Below the pieces are notes generated by a model that was not told the DNA's origin, ran no database searches, and was given only the letters and a program-made list of their open reading frames with translations. Positions 10,582 to 21,266 of a stretch of DNA of 64,000 nucleotides are shown here, piece by piece; position 1 is the stretch's first letter; the number at the start of each line of letters is the position of its first letter. Source of the DNA: an uncultured Lachnospiraceae bacterium (GTDB taxonomy: Bacteria; Bacillota; Clostridia; Lachnospirales; Lachnospiraceae); NCBI GenBank assembly GCA_964487395.1, contig CAZAQH010000002.1, forward strand, positions 864-64,863. Reading direction: 5' to 3'. The position numbers and the translations under genes are program-made.

Positions 10582-10708
10582 ACTATTTCCTCCTCATCTG
10601 CAGGATTTACTATTCCTGAGACATCTTCTGTTTGCATAACACGCATATTTTAGACTACATTTTAATCCTTTTTGATACTGTTTTCAACTGTATCTTTCTA
10701 TCCTGTAC

Positions 10709-13700
10709 TTAAATTAGTTTAATATTAGCTTCTCCATAACGTCCGTTAAGGTTCGCAATTAGTTGTTGATTGGCCAGCACATTTTTATTGGGTGGAAATC
10801 TTTTTACCATCTTAGGATTCTCAATATATACTACCACACTGTCTCTTCCGTCTGATTCTGCCAATAAATCAAGAAGTGCTGCTTCTTCTTTATCATATGA
10901 TTCTCTGTCGGGGAACTTAATCCACAGTTCTTTGTGAATATCATCAAAGGACTGGATGGATTCACATATAACCTTGCCATCCTTTTCTTCCTCAGCAGAT
11001 ACTCGGCCTTTTATGAATACCTTACTGTCCTCATTCAGGCTGGCACTGCTTTTCTCATATACCTTCGGAAATACGATAACCTCCACACTGCCTGCTAAAT
11101 CTTCCAATGTAAGAAAAGCCATAACCTTGTCATTTTTTGTGTATTTTATTTTCTTTTCCGCAATCAGACCGCCAATCGTGATATTCTGTCCATCCTGCAC
11201 TCTCATTGCACCGGTTTCTTCATCCAGATAAAAATCAGAAGTAATATTGGTGATATTTTTTCTCCAGATTCCTTCATATTCCTCTAACGGATGACCGCTT
11301 ACATAGATTCCAAGCACTTCTTTTTCAAATGCAAGAATCATCTCTTTTGAATATTCCCCAACATCCGGCATTTTAATATCAAAGTTCTCTTTTTCTTCTT
11401 CAGAAGCAATATCGAAAAGTGAAATTTGTCCCGCCATGTTGTTCTTTTTATCATTTTGAATATGGTCCATAATATGAGTATAGACAATCATAAACTGTTT
11501 TCTCGTTCCGCCCAGTCCATCAAATGCTCCTGCCTTAATAAAATTCTCTATTACTCTTTTATTGATATCATGCTCTACATTTAGGGTGATAAAGTCATCA
11601 AGACTTTTATAATCGCCCCTTTCTTCTCTCTCTTTTACAATGCTTTCAATAATGGGGCGTCCCACTCCCTTAACTGCCGTAAGTGCATAGCGAATGGAGT
11701 TATCCGCCACGGAAAAACCTGCTTCACCCTGATTAATATCCGGTGGCAAAATAGATATTCCCATGCTTCTGCAACTCAAAATATACTCGGATACTTTTCC
11801 TGCATTATCTATCACCGAGGTAAGCAATGCTGCCATAAATTCAACCGGATAGTAGTATTTTAACCATGCTGTCTGATAAGAAACAACCGCATAGCAGGCT
11901 GCATGTGATTTATTGAACGCATATTTTGCAAAATCAACCATGGAATCGTATATTTTATTGGCTGCCTGTTCGCTGATACCGTTGGCAACACAGCCTTTTA
12001 TATTTTCTTCTTCGCTTCCGTAAATAAAGCTTTTTCTCTGGGCATCAATAACATACTGTTTTTTCTTGCTCATTGCTCGCCTTATGTTATCTGCCTGCCC
12101 CATCGTATAGCCGGCAAGGTCACGCACAATCTGCATAACCTGTTCCTGATAGACAATACAGCCATAGGTCGGTTTTAAAATATGTTCAAGCTGCGGGCAC
12201 TCATATGTAATAGCCGACTGCTGGTTTTTTCCTGCAATATATTTGGGGATAAAGTCCATCGGACCTGGGCGATATAAAGAAATACCCGCAATAACATCCT
12301 CTAAGCTTTGTGGCTTTAACTCTTTCATGAAGCTTTTCATTCCGGCACTTTCAAGTTGGAAAATACCATCCGTTCTTCCTGTTCCAAGAGAAGCCAATAC
12401 TTTTTCATCCGCAAAGTCAATATGGTCAACATCTATTTGTATGTGCTGTGTTTTTTCAATATTCTTAACTGCATTATTAATTACTGTCAGTGTACGCAGA
12501 CCTAAAAAATCCATTTTAAGAAGTCCAAGTTCTTCAAGTGTGGTCATGGTAAACTGGGTGGTAATAGAGCCGTCAGAGCCTCTGGATAGTGGTACAAATT
12601 CATCTGCTGCCTTTTGACAGATTACGACACCTGCTGCATGCATAGAGGTATGACGTGGCAATCCCTCTAATCGTTTGCACATATCTATTAAAAGATGGAC
12701 CTGATCATCCTGTTCGTATGCATTTCTTAGGTCCGGATTTAATTCAAGTGCCCTTGCGATTGTAATGTTTAATTCATTGGGAATCATTTTGGCAATGCCA
12801 TCCACGTAGGAATAAGGAAGATCCATAACACGTCCAACATCACGGATGACACCTTTTGCTGCCAGTGTTCCAAAGGTTACAATCTGAACAACCTTATCTG
12901 CACCATATTTTCTTCCAACGTAATCTATGACTTCCTGTCTGCGTTCATAACAGAAGTCAATATCTATATCCGGCATGGATACACGTTCCGGATTTAAAAA
13001 ACGTTCAAACAGCAATTGATACTTAATTGGGTCAATATTTGTTATATGAAGGCAGTATGCCGCAATACTTCCTGCTGCTGAACCACGTCCCGGTCCAACC
13101 GGTATTCCCTGGCTTCTTGCATAATTAATAAAATCCCATACGATAAGAAAATAATCTACGTATCCCATTTTTTGAATGGTCGAAAGTTCATAATCTAATC
13201 GTTCTCTTAATGTCCCATCATCTTCCGGATATCGCTCTTTTAAGCCATCTGAGCAAAGTTCATTTAAATATCCCCAGGAATCATAACCCTGCGGTACTTC
13301 AAATCTCGGCAGCTTCGTAACGCCAAATTCTATATCCACATGGCATCTGTCTGCAATTCGCTGTGTATTTTCAACTGCTTCCCAGGCATAGGAAAAAAGA
13401 CCTTTCATGTCCTCTTCACTTTTGACGTAATACTGTCCGCCCTCGTAGCGCATTCTGTCTTCATCATTCAGTTTTTTAGCTGTCTGGATACAAAGTAATA
13501 TGTCGTGTGGCTTAGCATCCTCTGCATATGTATAATGAATATCATTGGTTGCTACCAATGGGATGTTCAATTCTTTGCTAATATTAAGCAATGTTGTATT
13601 AACTGTTTTTTGTTCCGGAATTCCATGATCCTGCATTTCAAGGAAATAATTGCCTTCGCCAAAGCAATCTAAATATTTGAGTGCTGCCTTTTTGGCTTCA

Positions 13701-14158
13701 TCAATTAAGCCTTTAGTAATGTTTCTTGCCACTTCACCAGCAAGACATGCCGAAAGAGCAATAATACCATTATGATACTGTCGCAGTACTTCCATGTCCA
13801 CACGCGGTTTATAATAATAACCCTCTGTAAATCCTTTGCTGACTATTTTCATCAGGTTAGCATAACCTTCATTATTCTCTGCAAGTAAAACAAGATGATA
13901 ATATCTGTCTTCGCCACCTGTCAATTCTTTATCAAATCTGGAATTTGGTGCTACATACACCTCGCAGCCGATAATAGGATTAATTCCGGCTTCCTTTGCT
14001 GCACGATAGAAATCAATCACGCCATACATAACGCCATGATCTGTTATAGCCGCACTGTCCATACCGAGCTCTTTTACTCTTTTTACATATTCTTTTATTT
14101 TGTTGGAGCCGTCTAGCAGACTATATTCTGTATGCGTATGTAAGTGTGCAAATGCCAT
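10709..14158 (-). CDS. dnaE: DNA polymerase III alpha subunit
   Basis: 1149 aa with an N-terminal PHP domain (HLHTHTEYSLLDG), a PolIII alpha core and a C-terminal OB fold. Confidence 0.95.
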   Translation of the reverse strand: MAFAHLHTHTEYSLLDGSNKIKEYVKRVKELGMDSAAITDHGVMYGVIDFYRAAKEAGINPIIGCEVYVAPNSRFDKELTGGEDRYYHLVLLAENNEGYANLMKIVSKGFTEGYYYKPRVDMEVLRQYHNGIIALSACLAGEVARNITKGLIDEAKKAALKYLDCFGEGNYFLEMQDHGIPEQKTVNTTLLNISKELNIPLVATNDIHYTYAEDAKPHDILLCIQTAKKLNDEDRMRYEGGQYYVKSEEDMKGLFSYAWEAVENTQRIADRCHVDIEFGVTKLPRFEVPQGYDSWGYLNELCSDGLKERYPEDDGTLRERLDYELSTIQKMGYVDYFLIVWDFINYARSQGIPVGPGRGSAAGSIAAYCLHITNIDPIKYQLLFERFLNPERVSMPDIDIDFCYERRQEVIDYVGRKYGADKVVQIVTFGTLAAKGVIRDVGRVMDLPYSYVDGIAKMIPNELNITIARALELNPDLRNAYEQDDQVHLLIDMCKRLEGLPRHTSMHAAGVVICQKAADEFVPLSRGSDGSITTQFTMTTLEELGLLKMDFLGLRTLTVINNAVKNIEKTQHIQIDVDHIDFADEKVLASLGTGRTDGIFQLESAGMKSFMKELKPQSLEDVIAGISLYRPGPMDFIPKYIAGKNQQSAITYECPQLEHILKPTYGCIVYQEQVMQIVRDLAGYTMGQADNIRRAMSKKKQYVIDAQRKSFIYGSEEENIKGCVANGISEQAANKIYDSMVDFAKYAFNKSHAACYAVVSYQTAWLKYYYPVEFMAALLTSVIDNAGKVSEYILSCRSMGISILPPDINQGEAGFSVADNSIRYALTAVKGVGRPIIESIVKEREERGDYKSLDDFITLNVEHDINKRVIENFIKAGAFDGLGGTRKQFMIVYTHIMDHIQNDKKNNMAGQISLFDIASEEEKENFDIKMPDVGEYSKEMILAFEKEVLGIYVSGHPLEEYEGIWRKNITNITSDFYLDEETGAMRVQDGQNITIGGLIAEKKIKYTKNDKVMAFLTLEDLAGSVEVIVFPKVYEKSSASLNEDSKVFIKGRVSAEEEKDGKVICESIQSFDDIHKELWIKFPDRESYDKEEAALLDLLAESDGRDSVVVYIENPKMVKRFPPNKNVLANQQLIANLNGRYGEANIKLI

Positions 14159-14243
14159 TTAATATGCCTCCTATCGTTTTTATTCCTGTCCTTTCCATGT
14201 TACCATAGTAACCTTTCATTTTCAATTTAAAGAACTTTTTTTA

Positions 14244-14290
14244 GCAAAACAAAAGAGGTAAATCAGGAAGATTGCTCCCGATTCACCTCT
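14244..14290 (-). terminator. intrinsic terminator after metK
   Basis: On the minus strand, AGAGGUGAAUC-loop-GAUUUACCUCU is followed by UUUUGUUUU, about 17 nt after the metK stop. Confidence 0.7.
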
Positions 14291-14306
14291 TTGTGTTAAA
14301 TACTGT

Positions 14307-15494
14307 TTAGATGTATTTTTTTAAGTCATTTACTTTATCAAGTGCTTCCCAAGGAAGATTTAAATCATTACGTCCAAAATGACCATATGCTGCAGTCTGT
14401 TTGTAAATAGGACGACGAAGATTTAACATTTTGATGATTCCTGCTGGACGAAGATCAAAGTTCTCTCTGATGATATCTACTAATTTATTATCATCTACTT
14501 TGCCTGTTCCAAAGGTATCAACCATAACGGAAGTTGGCTGAGCAACACCAATTGCATAAGAAAGCTGAACCTCACATTTATCTGCAAGTCCTGCTGCAAC
14601 AATGTTCTTTGCAACATAACGAGCTGCATAAGCTGCTGAACGGTCTACCTTTGTGCAATCCTTACCGGAGAAAGCGCCACCGCCGTGACGAGCCATTCCA
14701 CCATAAGTATCTACAATAATCTTACGTCCTGTAAGTCCGGAATCGCCGTTTGGTCCGCCGATTACAAAACGTCCTGTTGGATTAATGAAATATTTTGTTC
14801 TCTCATCAACAAGTTCCTGTGGAATAACAAGATCAATAACGTATTTGCGAACATCTTTATGAATCTGTTCCTGTGAAACTTCTTCTGCATGCTGAGAAGA
14901 AATTACTACGGCATTAATATGAACCGGTTTACCATTTTCATCATATTCTACAGTAACCTGTGATTTTCCATCTGGTCTTAAATAAGCAAGAGTACCGTTT
15001 TTACGAACCTCTGTTAATTTCTTGGTCAATTTATGAGCAAGTGCGATTGGATAAGGCATGTATTCTTCTGTCTCATTGCTTGCATAACCAAACATCATAC
15101 CCTGATCGCCTGCACCAATTGCTTCAATCTGTGAGTCTGACATATTAGCTTCTTTTGCTTCTAATGCTTTATCAACTCCCATTGCGATATCAGCTGACTG
15201 TTTGTCAAGAGCAACCATAACACCACAAGTATTAGCATCAAAACCTTTTGCAGAATCATCATATCCGATTTCTCTGATGGTATCACGTACAATACTTTGT
15301 ACATCAATCTGTGCTTTTGTTGTAATTTCTCCCATTACCAGAACTAATCCGGTTGTAATAGCTGTTTCACATGCTACACGGCTGTTTGGGTCCTGTGCCA
15401 TAATAGCGTCTAAGACTGCATCTGAGATATTATCACAGATTTTGTCAGGATGTCCTTCTGTTACTGATTCCGAGGTAAATAATCTTTTTTCCAT
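14307..15494 (-). CDS. metK: S-adenosylmethionine synthetase
   Basis: Motifs [26 protein letters not shown] and GGGAFSGKD. Start set to the ATG at 15494 (MEKRLF...), preceded by an AAAGGAGAA RBS; the longer track ORF start at 15536 is unlikely. Confidence 0.93.
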   Translation of the reverse strand: MEKRLFTSESVTEGHPDKICDNISDAVLDAIMAQDPNSRVACETAITTGLVLVMGEITTKAQIDVQSIVRDTIREIGYDDSAKGFDANTCGVMVALDKQSADIAMGVDKALEAKEANMSDSQIEAIGAGDQGMMFGYASNETEEYMPYPIALAHKLTKKLTEVRKNGTLAYLRPDGKSQVTVEYDENGKPVHINAVVISSQHAEEVSQEQIHKDVRKYVIDLVIPQELVDERTKYFINPTGRFVIGGPNGDSGLTGRKIIVDTYGGMARHGGGAFSGKDCTKVDRSAAYAARYVAKNIVAAGLADKCEVQLSYAIGVAQPTSVMVDTFGTGKVDDNKLVDIIRENFDLRPAGIIKMLNLRRPIYKQTAAYGHFGRNDLNLPWEALDKVNDLKKYI

Positions 15495-15561
15495 CTCTTG
15501 TTCTCCTTTAATAAATTGATTTACGGGTAATTTCACAGCATACTCTGCTGTTTTCTAGAAT

Positions 15562-15596
15562 AAAAAAAGTCCTGCTTGCAAAAAACAAGCGGACTC
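15562..15596 (-). terminator. expression-platform terminator of the SAM riboswitch
   Basis: On the minus strand, AGUCCGCUUG-loop-CAAGCAGGACU is followed by U7. It lies between the aptamer and the metK RBS. Confidence 0.8.
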
Positions 15597-15612
15597 GATA
15601 TCGATACTCAAA

Positions 15613-15714
15613 TCCTCTTATTGTTCGACTTTTTCGCTCAGGTTGGCACCTTCCAATTATGGGGTTGCCGTGGCTTCACAGGTCCTATGTACCTCCACCA
15701 CTCTGAATAAGAGA
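15613..15714 (-). promoter_or_regulatory. SAM-I (S-box) riboswitch aptamer in the metK leader
   Basis: The minus strand reads CUCUUAUUCAGAGUGGUGGAGGUACAUAGGACCUGUGAAGCCACGGCAACCCCAUAAUUGGAAGGUGCCAACCUGAGCGAAAAAGUCGAACAAUAAGAG. The P1 pairing (CUCUUAUU / AAUAAGAG) and the conserved GGUGGAGG, GAAGCC.CGGCAACC and GGUGCCAA blocks match the S-box consensus as I recall it. Confidence 0.9.
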
Positions 15715-15766
15715 AAACTCACTGTTTACACAGCGATTACAATATGGAATTTTTATATCTTTTGAT

Positions 15767-15795
15767 AGAATACACCTGTCTAATTATTCTGTCAA
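15767..15795 (-). promoter_or_regulatory. putative sigma-A promoter for the S-box/metK transcript
   Basis: On the minus strand, TTGACA, a 17-nt spacer, then TATTCT, about 50 nt upstream of the aptamer. Confidence 0.5.
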
Positions 15796-15825
15796 TAAAC
15801 ATTTTACTGAAAATAAATATATTAT

Positions 15826-15854
15826 TTGACAAATTTTGTGATAAATTCTATAAT
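15826..15854 (+). promoter_or_regulatory. consensus sigma-A promoter for the HD-GYP gene
   Basis: TTGACA (15826-15831), a 17-nt spacer, then TATAAT (15849-15854). An AGGAGG RBS precedes the ATG at 15878. Confidence 0.7.
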
Positions 15855-15877
15855 TTTATACGTATAGGAGGCTTCTT

Positions 15878-16954
15878 ATGAGTAAAGTTGACACTTCCGA
15901 TCTTGTACCTGGAATGATTTTAGCAAGCGACGTATATAACTACAATGATCAGTTGATTCTTCCTGAAGGTCTTCGTTTAAATGACAAGGCCATTACGAAG
16001 CTTACTTTTTATTCCATTCGTTCAGTTAGTATCAAAGATGAAGTTCATAAATCACGTCCTGAAACAGACAGCACTGAGGGTTCCTATTCTCAACGTCTTA
16101 AAAAAAGTGAAGAATTTGCACAATTTAAACAAGACTTTGAAGAAACCGTTACTCATATGCAATCTGCAATTGTGGATGTTGTTGAAAAGCATGCCAAACT
16201 TGATATGGAGACATTAGTAGCAGATTCCCTTATGTTGCTTCACCCTCCCGGCGGAGATATTAATATATTTGATATGGTGCACAATATGCGCCAGTATGAT
16301 GATTTAACCTATGCTCATAGTTTAAATGTTGGCTTAATATGCAATGTTTTTGCTACATGGCTTGGTAAATCACAGCAAGAATGCAAGCTCGCTCTTGAAT
16401 GTGGTCTTTTACATGATATTGGAAAGTTAAAAATACCAGAGACCATTATTAAAAAGCCACAGCGATTAACAGACAATGAATTCGAAATCATCAAAACACA
16501 TCCGATTGAAGGATACAAGGTTTTGCAGTCATATGATATTGATGAACACATTAAAAATGCTGCACTTATGCATCATGAACGCAGTGATGGTTCCGGTTAT
16601 CCCTTAGGGTTAAAAGATGATCGAATTGATGAATATGCCAAAATTGTCAGTATAGCCGATGTATATGAAGCTATGACATCCGCTCGAATTTATCGTGGTA
16701 GTTTGTGTCCATTCCAGGTTATTGCAGCTTTTGAAAGTGAAGGTCTTCAAAAATATGATACACACATGATTATGACTTTCCTCGAAAACATTGTGAATAC
16801 CTATATGTTGAACCGTGTACGGTTAAGCAATGGAATGGAAGGTGATATTATTTTCATCAATAAACAGTGTCTGTCACGTCCTACCATTAAATGTGGTAAT
16901 GAATATATTGATTTATCGCAAAGACAAGACTTATCAATAGAAGCAATCGTTTAA
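15878..16954 (+). CDS. HD-GYP domain protein (probable c-di-GMP phosphodiesterase)
   Basis: 358 aa. HDIGK and HHERSDGSGYP motifs in the C-terminal half; the N-terminal ~130 aa are unassigned. Confidence 0.85.
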   Translation: MSKVDTSDLVPGMILASDVYNYNDQLILPEGLRLNDKAITKLTFYSIRSVSIKDEVHKSRPETDSTEGSYSQRLKKSEEFAQFKQDFEETVTHMQSAIVDVVEKHAKLDMETLVADSLMLLHPPGGDINIFDMVHNMRQYDDLTYAHSLNVGLICNVFATWLGKSQQECKLALECGLLHDIGKLKIPETIIKKPQRLTDNEFEIIKTHPIEGYKVLQSYDIDEHIKNAALMHHERSDGSGYPLGLKDDRIDEYAKIVSIADVYEAMTSARIYRGSLCPFQVIAAFESEGLQKYDTHMIMTFLENIVNTYMLNRVRLSNGMEGDIIFINKQCLSRPTIKCGNEYIDLSQRQDLSIEAIV

Positions 16955-16961
16955 TAAAATA

Positions 16962-16993
16962 TTAGAGCAATAAAAAAGTGGCTTTTCATAAGC
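16962..16993. terminator. bidirectional intrinsic terminator between the HD-GYP gene and murA
   Basis: A5, AGTGGCTT, a 5-nt loop, AAGCCACT, then T6. It sits between the convergent stops at 16954 and 17008. Confidence 0.8.
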
Positions 16994-17007
16994 CACTTTT
17001 TTATTTA

Positions 17008-18300
17008 TCATCCAACTTTTAATTTAAATTTCTGTAATTCACGCTCCGTGCTGACCTTTTCTATCAAAGCGCCAAGTGAACGAAGCTTTTCATCAAAGTC
17101 TTCATATCCACGTTCGATATAACGGATATCATCTACCGTAGTAATACCTTCTGCCGCAAGTCCTGCTAAAACAAGTGCTGCGCCTGCACGCAAATCCGGT
17201 GCTGTAATGCTTGCACCTGTATATCTTGCAACTCCATCAATAATTGCGGTGTTGCCCTCTACTTTGATATTGGCACCCATTCGAGTCAATTCATCAACGT
17301 ATTTAAAACGGTTTTCAAAAATACTTTCCGTTACAATGCTGGTTCCATCAGAAAGTCCAAGTGTAACTGCTATCTGTGGCTGCATATCTGTCGGAAATCC
17401 CGGATAAGGAAGTGTTTTAACATGTGTATGTCCAAGAGGCTTGGATGCTACTACTCTTACCGCATCATCTGATTCTTCTATCTCGCATCCGATTTCCATA
17501 AGCTTTGCACTAATAGACTCTAAATGCTTTGGAATAACATTTTTAACTGTTACATCACCTTTGGTAGCAGCAGCGGCGAACATAAATGTTCCGGCCTCTA
17601 TCTGATCCGGTATAATTGCATATTCAGTGCCCTTTAAAAAAGAAACACCTTTAATACGAATTACATCTGTTCCAGCACCCTTTATATTTGCACCCATGCT
17701 ATTTAAGAAATTCGCAACATCAACTACATGAGGCTCTTTTGCTGCATTTTCCATAATGGTAAGACCATCTGCCATCACAGAAGCTAACATAACATTAATA
17801 GTTGCACCAACCGAAACAACATCAAGGTAAATGTGATTACCCTTTAACTGCTCAGCTTGTGCTATAATTAAGCCATGTTCAATGGACACTTTAGCGCCCA
17901 AAGCTCGAAAGCCTTTGAGATGCTGATCAATTGGTCTTGAACCAATATTACATCCTCCTGGAAGGGATACTTCTGCTTTTTTGTATTTCCCAAGTAATGC
18001 ACCAATCAAATAATAAGAAGCACGAATCTTCTTAATAAAATCGTCTTCTATAATATGTCCATGTACATTTCTTGCATTTATTTTTATTGTATGTCTATCC
18101 TGTCTGTCTACCAGAACACCAATGCTCTCCATTGCCTGAAGCATAACATTTGTATCCCGGACATCAGGTACATTTTCAATCACTACGGTTTCGTCCGTCA
18201 TAATAGTTGCTGCGAGAATTGCAAGTGCGGCGTTTTTCGCGCCACCAATTTCAACCTCACCCACGAGCGGACTCCCACCTTTGATCACATATTGTTCCAT
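17008..18300 (-). CDS. murA: UDP-N-acetylglucosamine 1-carboxyvinyltransferase
   Basis: GGAKNA motif and the active-site Cys loop LPGGCNIGSRPID. Start set to MEQYVIKGG (18300) rather than the track start at 18333. Confidence 0.92.
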   Translation of the reverse strand: MEQYVIKGGSPLVGEVEIGGAKNAALAILAATIMTDETVVIENVPDVRDTNVMLQAMESIGVLVDRQDRHTIKINARNVHGHIIEDDFIKKIRASYYLIGALLGKYKKAEVSLPGGCNIGSRPIDQHLKGFRALGAKVSIEHGLIIAQAEQLKGNHIYLDVVSVGATINVMLASVMADGLTIMENAAKEPHVVDVANFLNSMGANIKGAGTDVIRIKGVSFLKGTEYAIIPDQIEAGTFMFAAAATKGDVTVKNVIPKHLESISAKLMEIGCEIEESDDAVRVVASKPLGHTHVKTLPYPGFPTDMQPQIAVTLGLSDGTSIVTESIFENRFKYVDELTRMGANIKVEGNTAIIDGVARYTGASITAPDLRAGAALVLAGLAAEGITTVDDIRYIERGYEDFDEKLRSLGALIEKVSTERELQKFKLKVG

Positions 18301-18485
18301 TTTCACACCCGTCCTGCACAAATTCTCAATCAAGTATATTGTTCACATGACTGTCGCGGTATTCGCCAGATGCAATCCTTTCTTGTCGAATTGTAATTGC
18401 ATCACCACCCTAGTATAACATATTCTCATTTTTTGTAAACACGAGAACATTTGTACTAAAAAATGGTAAAATTTACATATTTACA

Positions 18486-20072
18486 CTAATCTAAATATTT
18501 TAATGGATTAACAGCCGTTCCATTCACTCTTATTTCAAAATGAAGATGTGGTCCCGTACTTCTACCGGTATTACCACTTAACGCAATCTTCTGCCCCTGT
18601 TTTACAGACTGACCTGCTGATACTAAAACTTTGCTCAAATGTCCATAGCGTGTCTCTCTTCCGTCTGGATGCTTGATATAAACTACATAGCCATATCCGC
18701 TTCCCCATCCTGCTTTGGTGACAGTTCCACCTGAGGATGCCACAACGGTTGTTCCCTTTGGCACTGCCCAGTCAACACCCTTATGATACGTAGATGCACC
18801 TCTTGTAGGAGCACTTCTGCGACCAAAGTTAGAAGACAGTCTGCCTCCTGATATTGGTTTAATATAGGTAGGTGGAATCTTTGTTCCTTTTTCCACAATC
18901 TTAGGAACTGCTTCCATCGTAACTTCCTGTTTGACAATTTCTCTACCAATTTCTTTTTCATTTCTATAGGAAATCATTGCTGCAACCTTACGATGTCCAG
19001 CTGATGGTTCCTGCAGTGTTACTTCCTGCGTTGTATACCATTCATCATTGTCAATATAAATAATATCCGCATCGTAATCTTCTTCGTAGTACATTTGCTC
19101 ACTGCGTTCAACTGAAAGCGGTGGTTCCGGCTGTGTGACGATAATTTCCTGTCCTGCTCTGATGGTAGAGTTTTCATCTTCTATAGAATCATTAAGTGAA
19201 ATAATCTTCTCCATCGGAATATTGGTTGTTTCTGCAATCTGGGATAATGTATCGCCCGGTTGCACTTCATAAATGGCATTTTTATCCTGAACGGTTGTCA
19301 CTTCACTGATCGCCTGTTCTAATGATGTAATCTGATACGGCATTAAATAGGAATCAATAATTTCTATATTGTCCCCAAAATCCAAACTCATCAAACCATA
19401 CTCATAATCCTCAAATTCCATTGTCTCTGAAACAGGTACAATTTCTTCAAATATATCATCAAAATAAGAATCCATCCCTGCCTTTGCAAAAACCGGTTCT
19501 TCTTCGTCTTTTATTTCAGCATTATTTACAACATGCGCTGTCAGTGCATTCAATTCCCTTGTCGGATTCATAACAAGCTTAGCCGTATAACGGTTATTAT
19601 TCTCATATTGGTCAAGTGCTGCCTGTAAAACTTGTCTTACTTCATCACTGCTTGACACATTAACAGTATACTCTTTTACTTTTACAGTATACGCATGCTG
19701 CAAAGTCTCTTTGACATGTCCCTTTAATGAGTTAAGAAGATTCTGTTTGATTTCCTCTTCCGAGTTAATCTCTGCGAACAAAACTTCCTGTCCTTCCATA
19801 ACTAAATCTGAATCTGCATATATTAAATCTTCCGATGCTCCTGCTAACTCTAAACGTGCTTCTCTCATCAGGGCATCAACATCTGTCTCTTTACCAACAT
19901 AACCGATGTCATCTCCATTCAAATACAGATGAAATAGATTGTCTCCATCTTTTTCGAATTTAGTATATTGCGGAATCATAAATAAATTCAATATTATCAC
20001 CAGCAATGCTGTGCGAATAAAACTTATACGTAAACGTTTATAATATCTGGTTATTTTCATTATTGCCTTCAC
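18486..20072 (-). CDS. M23 family metalloendopeptidase with LysM domain
   Basis: 528 aa. N-terminal TM segment, a LysM domain (YEVQPGDTLSQIAETTNIPMEKIISLN) and a C-terminal M23 domain (HKGVDW..., GPHLHFEI). Confidence 0.85.
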   Translation of the reverse strand: MKAIMKITRYYKRLRISFIRTALLVIILNLFMIPQYTKFEKDGDNLFHLYLNGDDIGYVGKETDVDALMREARLELAGASEDLIYADSDLVMEGQEVLFAEINSEEEIKQNLLNSLKGHVKETLQHAYTVKVKEYTVNVSSSDEVRQVLQAALDQYENNNRYTAKLVMNPTRELNALTAHVVNNAEIKDEEEPVFAKAGMDSYFDDIFEEIVPVSETMEFEDYEYGLMSLDFGDNIEIIDSYLMPYQITSLEQAISEVTTVQDKNAIYEVQPGDTLSQIAETTNIPMEKIISLNDSIEDENSTIRAGQEIIVTQPEPPLSVERSEQMYYEEDYDADIIYIDNDEWYTTQEVTLQEPSAGHRKVAAMISYRNEKEIGREIVKQEVTMEAVPKIVEKGTKIPPTYIKPISGGRLSSNFGRRSAPTRGASTYHKGVDWAVPKGTTVVASSGGTVTKAGWGSGYGYVVYIKHPDGRETRYGHLSKVLVSAGQSVKQGQKIALSGNTGRSTGPHLHFEIRVNGTAVNPLKYLD

Positions 20073-20178
20073 TCTTCATGTAACATTTTTGTAACAAATC
20101 AATTCTAACAGCAAAATTAAATCTTGTAAAGATACTCTCTATAATAAAACAAAGAAAAAGGAAAGACTATGTCTTCCC

Positions 20179-20742
20179 CTATTTTTTCTTTACACTATAT
20201 CCAAATTTTCCTAATTCTTTTCCTATTGAGAAATAGGTTCCATGCGAATATACAATGGGATGAGCCTGTTCTAAATGGAAACGTTCTTCCAAATCCATAT
20301 ATTGATCATCCACATGAACGGCTGTCACATCAGCCATAAATAAATCATGCGAACCCAGTTTTGTAATACTTCTTAATTTACATTCAATATTAACCGGGCT
20401 TTCTTTTATATATGGAACTTTAACTGTTTGTCCGGGAACTTTGGTCAATTTCATTTTTTCCCATTTGTCAACTTTTCTTCCGCTGACAACGCCACAATAG
20501 TCTGTTGCATATGTTAAATCCTCTGTGGTCAGATTAATAACAAATTCCTTTGTTTTTTCAATCAGTTCATAGGAATACCGTTCCGGCCGTACGGATATGG
20601 ATACCATCGGCGGATTCGTACATATTGTACCTGCCCAAGCTACCGTAAAAATATTGTCGTGTCCCTCACCGTCAGTCGTACTTACCAGTACCGCCGGCAA
20701 AGGATACAGCATATTTCCCGGCTTAAAATCAATTTTTGACAT
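20179..20742 (-). CDS. flavin reductase-like FMN-binding protein
   Basis: Start set to MSKIDFKPGNMLYPLPAVLVST at 20742 (AGAGGTG RBS); the track start at 20826 would overlap the upstream gene. Flavin_Reduct-like blocks are present (NIFTVAWAG, VINLT). Confidence 0.75.
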   Translation of the reverse strand: MSKIDFKPGNMLYPLPAVLVSTTDGEGHDNIFTVAWAGTICTNPPMVSISVRPERYSYELIEKTKEFVINLTTEDLTYATDYCGVVSGRKVDKWEKMKLTKVPGQTVKVPYIKESPVNIECKLRSITKLGSHDLFMADVTAVHVDDQYMDLEERFHLEQAHPIVYSHGTYFSIGKELGKFGYSVKKK

Positions 20743-20753
20743 TTTAACACCTC

Positions 20754-21266
20754 TTAGAGAATACCAAATATACGTAATACCTGTAATGCAATATCTGCTA
20801 AAACTGCAACCAGTATTATGATACACATTGTATTTGGAAATATGTTCTGCTTCTTTATTTTCTTAATCTGTGCCTGATTATCTTCGTCTATTTTTGCTTT
20901 TAGAGCATCTGTCTGTTCATTAATAACTGCCTGAACATTACGATAAACCTTCACATTTTCTTTATGAAGAGAATCATCTAACTGTGTAAACAAATCTTCA
21001 ACATATTTTTTGTCTTCTACTGAATCAGTCTGTACATTTTCCATTGCATTCTTAATGTTATCGCAGCCTTCCTGTATAAGTCTGCTAACATTTTCTGCCG
21101 ATTCCATGTTTTTCAGATTTAACTGTTTCATTTGCTGAAGTAAGTCTTCATATGCTTCTACCTGTTCTCTTAATTTTCTGTTCTCCTTTGCCTCAGCAGC
21201 TGAATTGGCTCTGATAATTTCCTGTGCTGTAAATTTTTGTGCAAGTTTGTCAATAAAAGTATCCAT
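20754..21266 (-). CDS. hypothetical coiled-coil protein with a C-terminal TM anchor (170 aa)
   Basis: Long charged heptad-like region, then NTMCIIILVAVLADIALQVLRIFGIL at the C-terminus. No family recognised. Confidence 0.5.
   Translation of the reverse strand: MDTFIDKLAQKFTAQEIIRANSAAEAKENRKLREQVEAYEDLLQQMKQLNLKNMESAENVSRLIQEGCDNIKNAMENVQTDSVEDKKYVEDLFTQLDDSLHKENVKVYRNVQAVINEQTDALKAKIDEDNQAQIKKIKKQNIFPNTMCIIILVAVLADIALQVLRIFGIL

Noticed and set aside
15495-15536. N-terminal extensions in the track ORFs for metK (15536), murA (18333), the flavin reductase (20826), ktrA (8204), mntP (39130), the hlyIII-family gene (22793) and the YhfC-like gene (52928).
   Set aside because: In each case an internal ATG with a strong Shine-Dalgarno sequence gives the canonical family N-terminus and removes an overlap with the neighbouring gene or leader.
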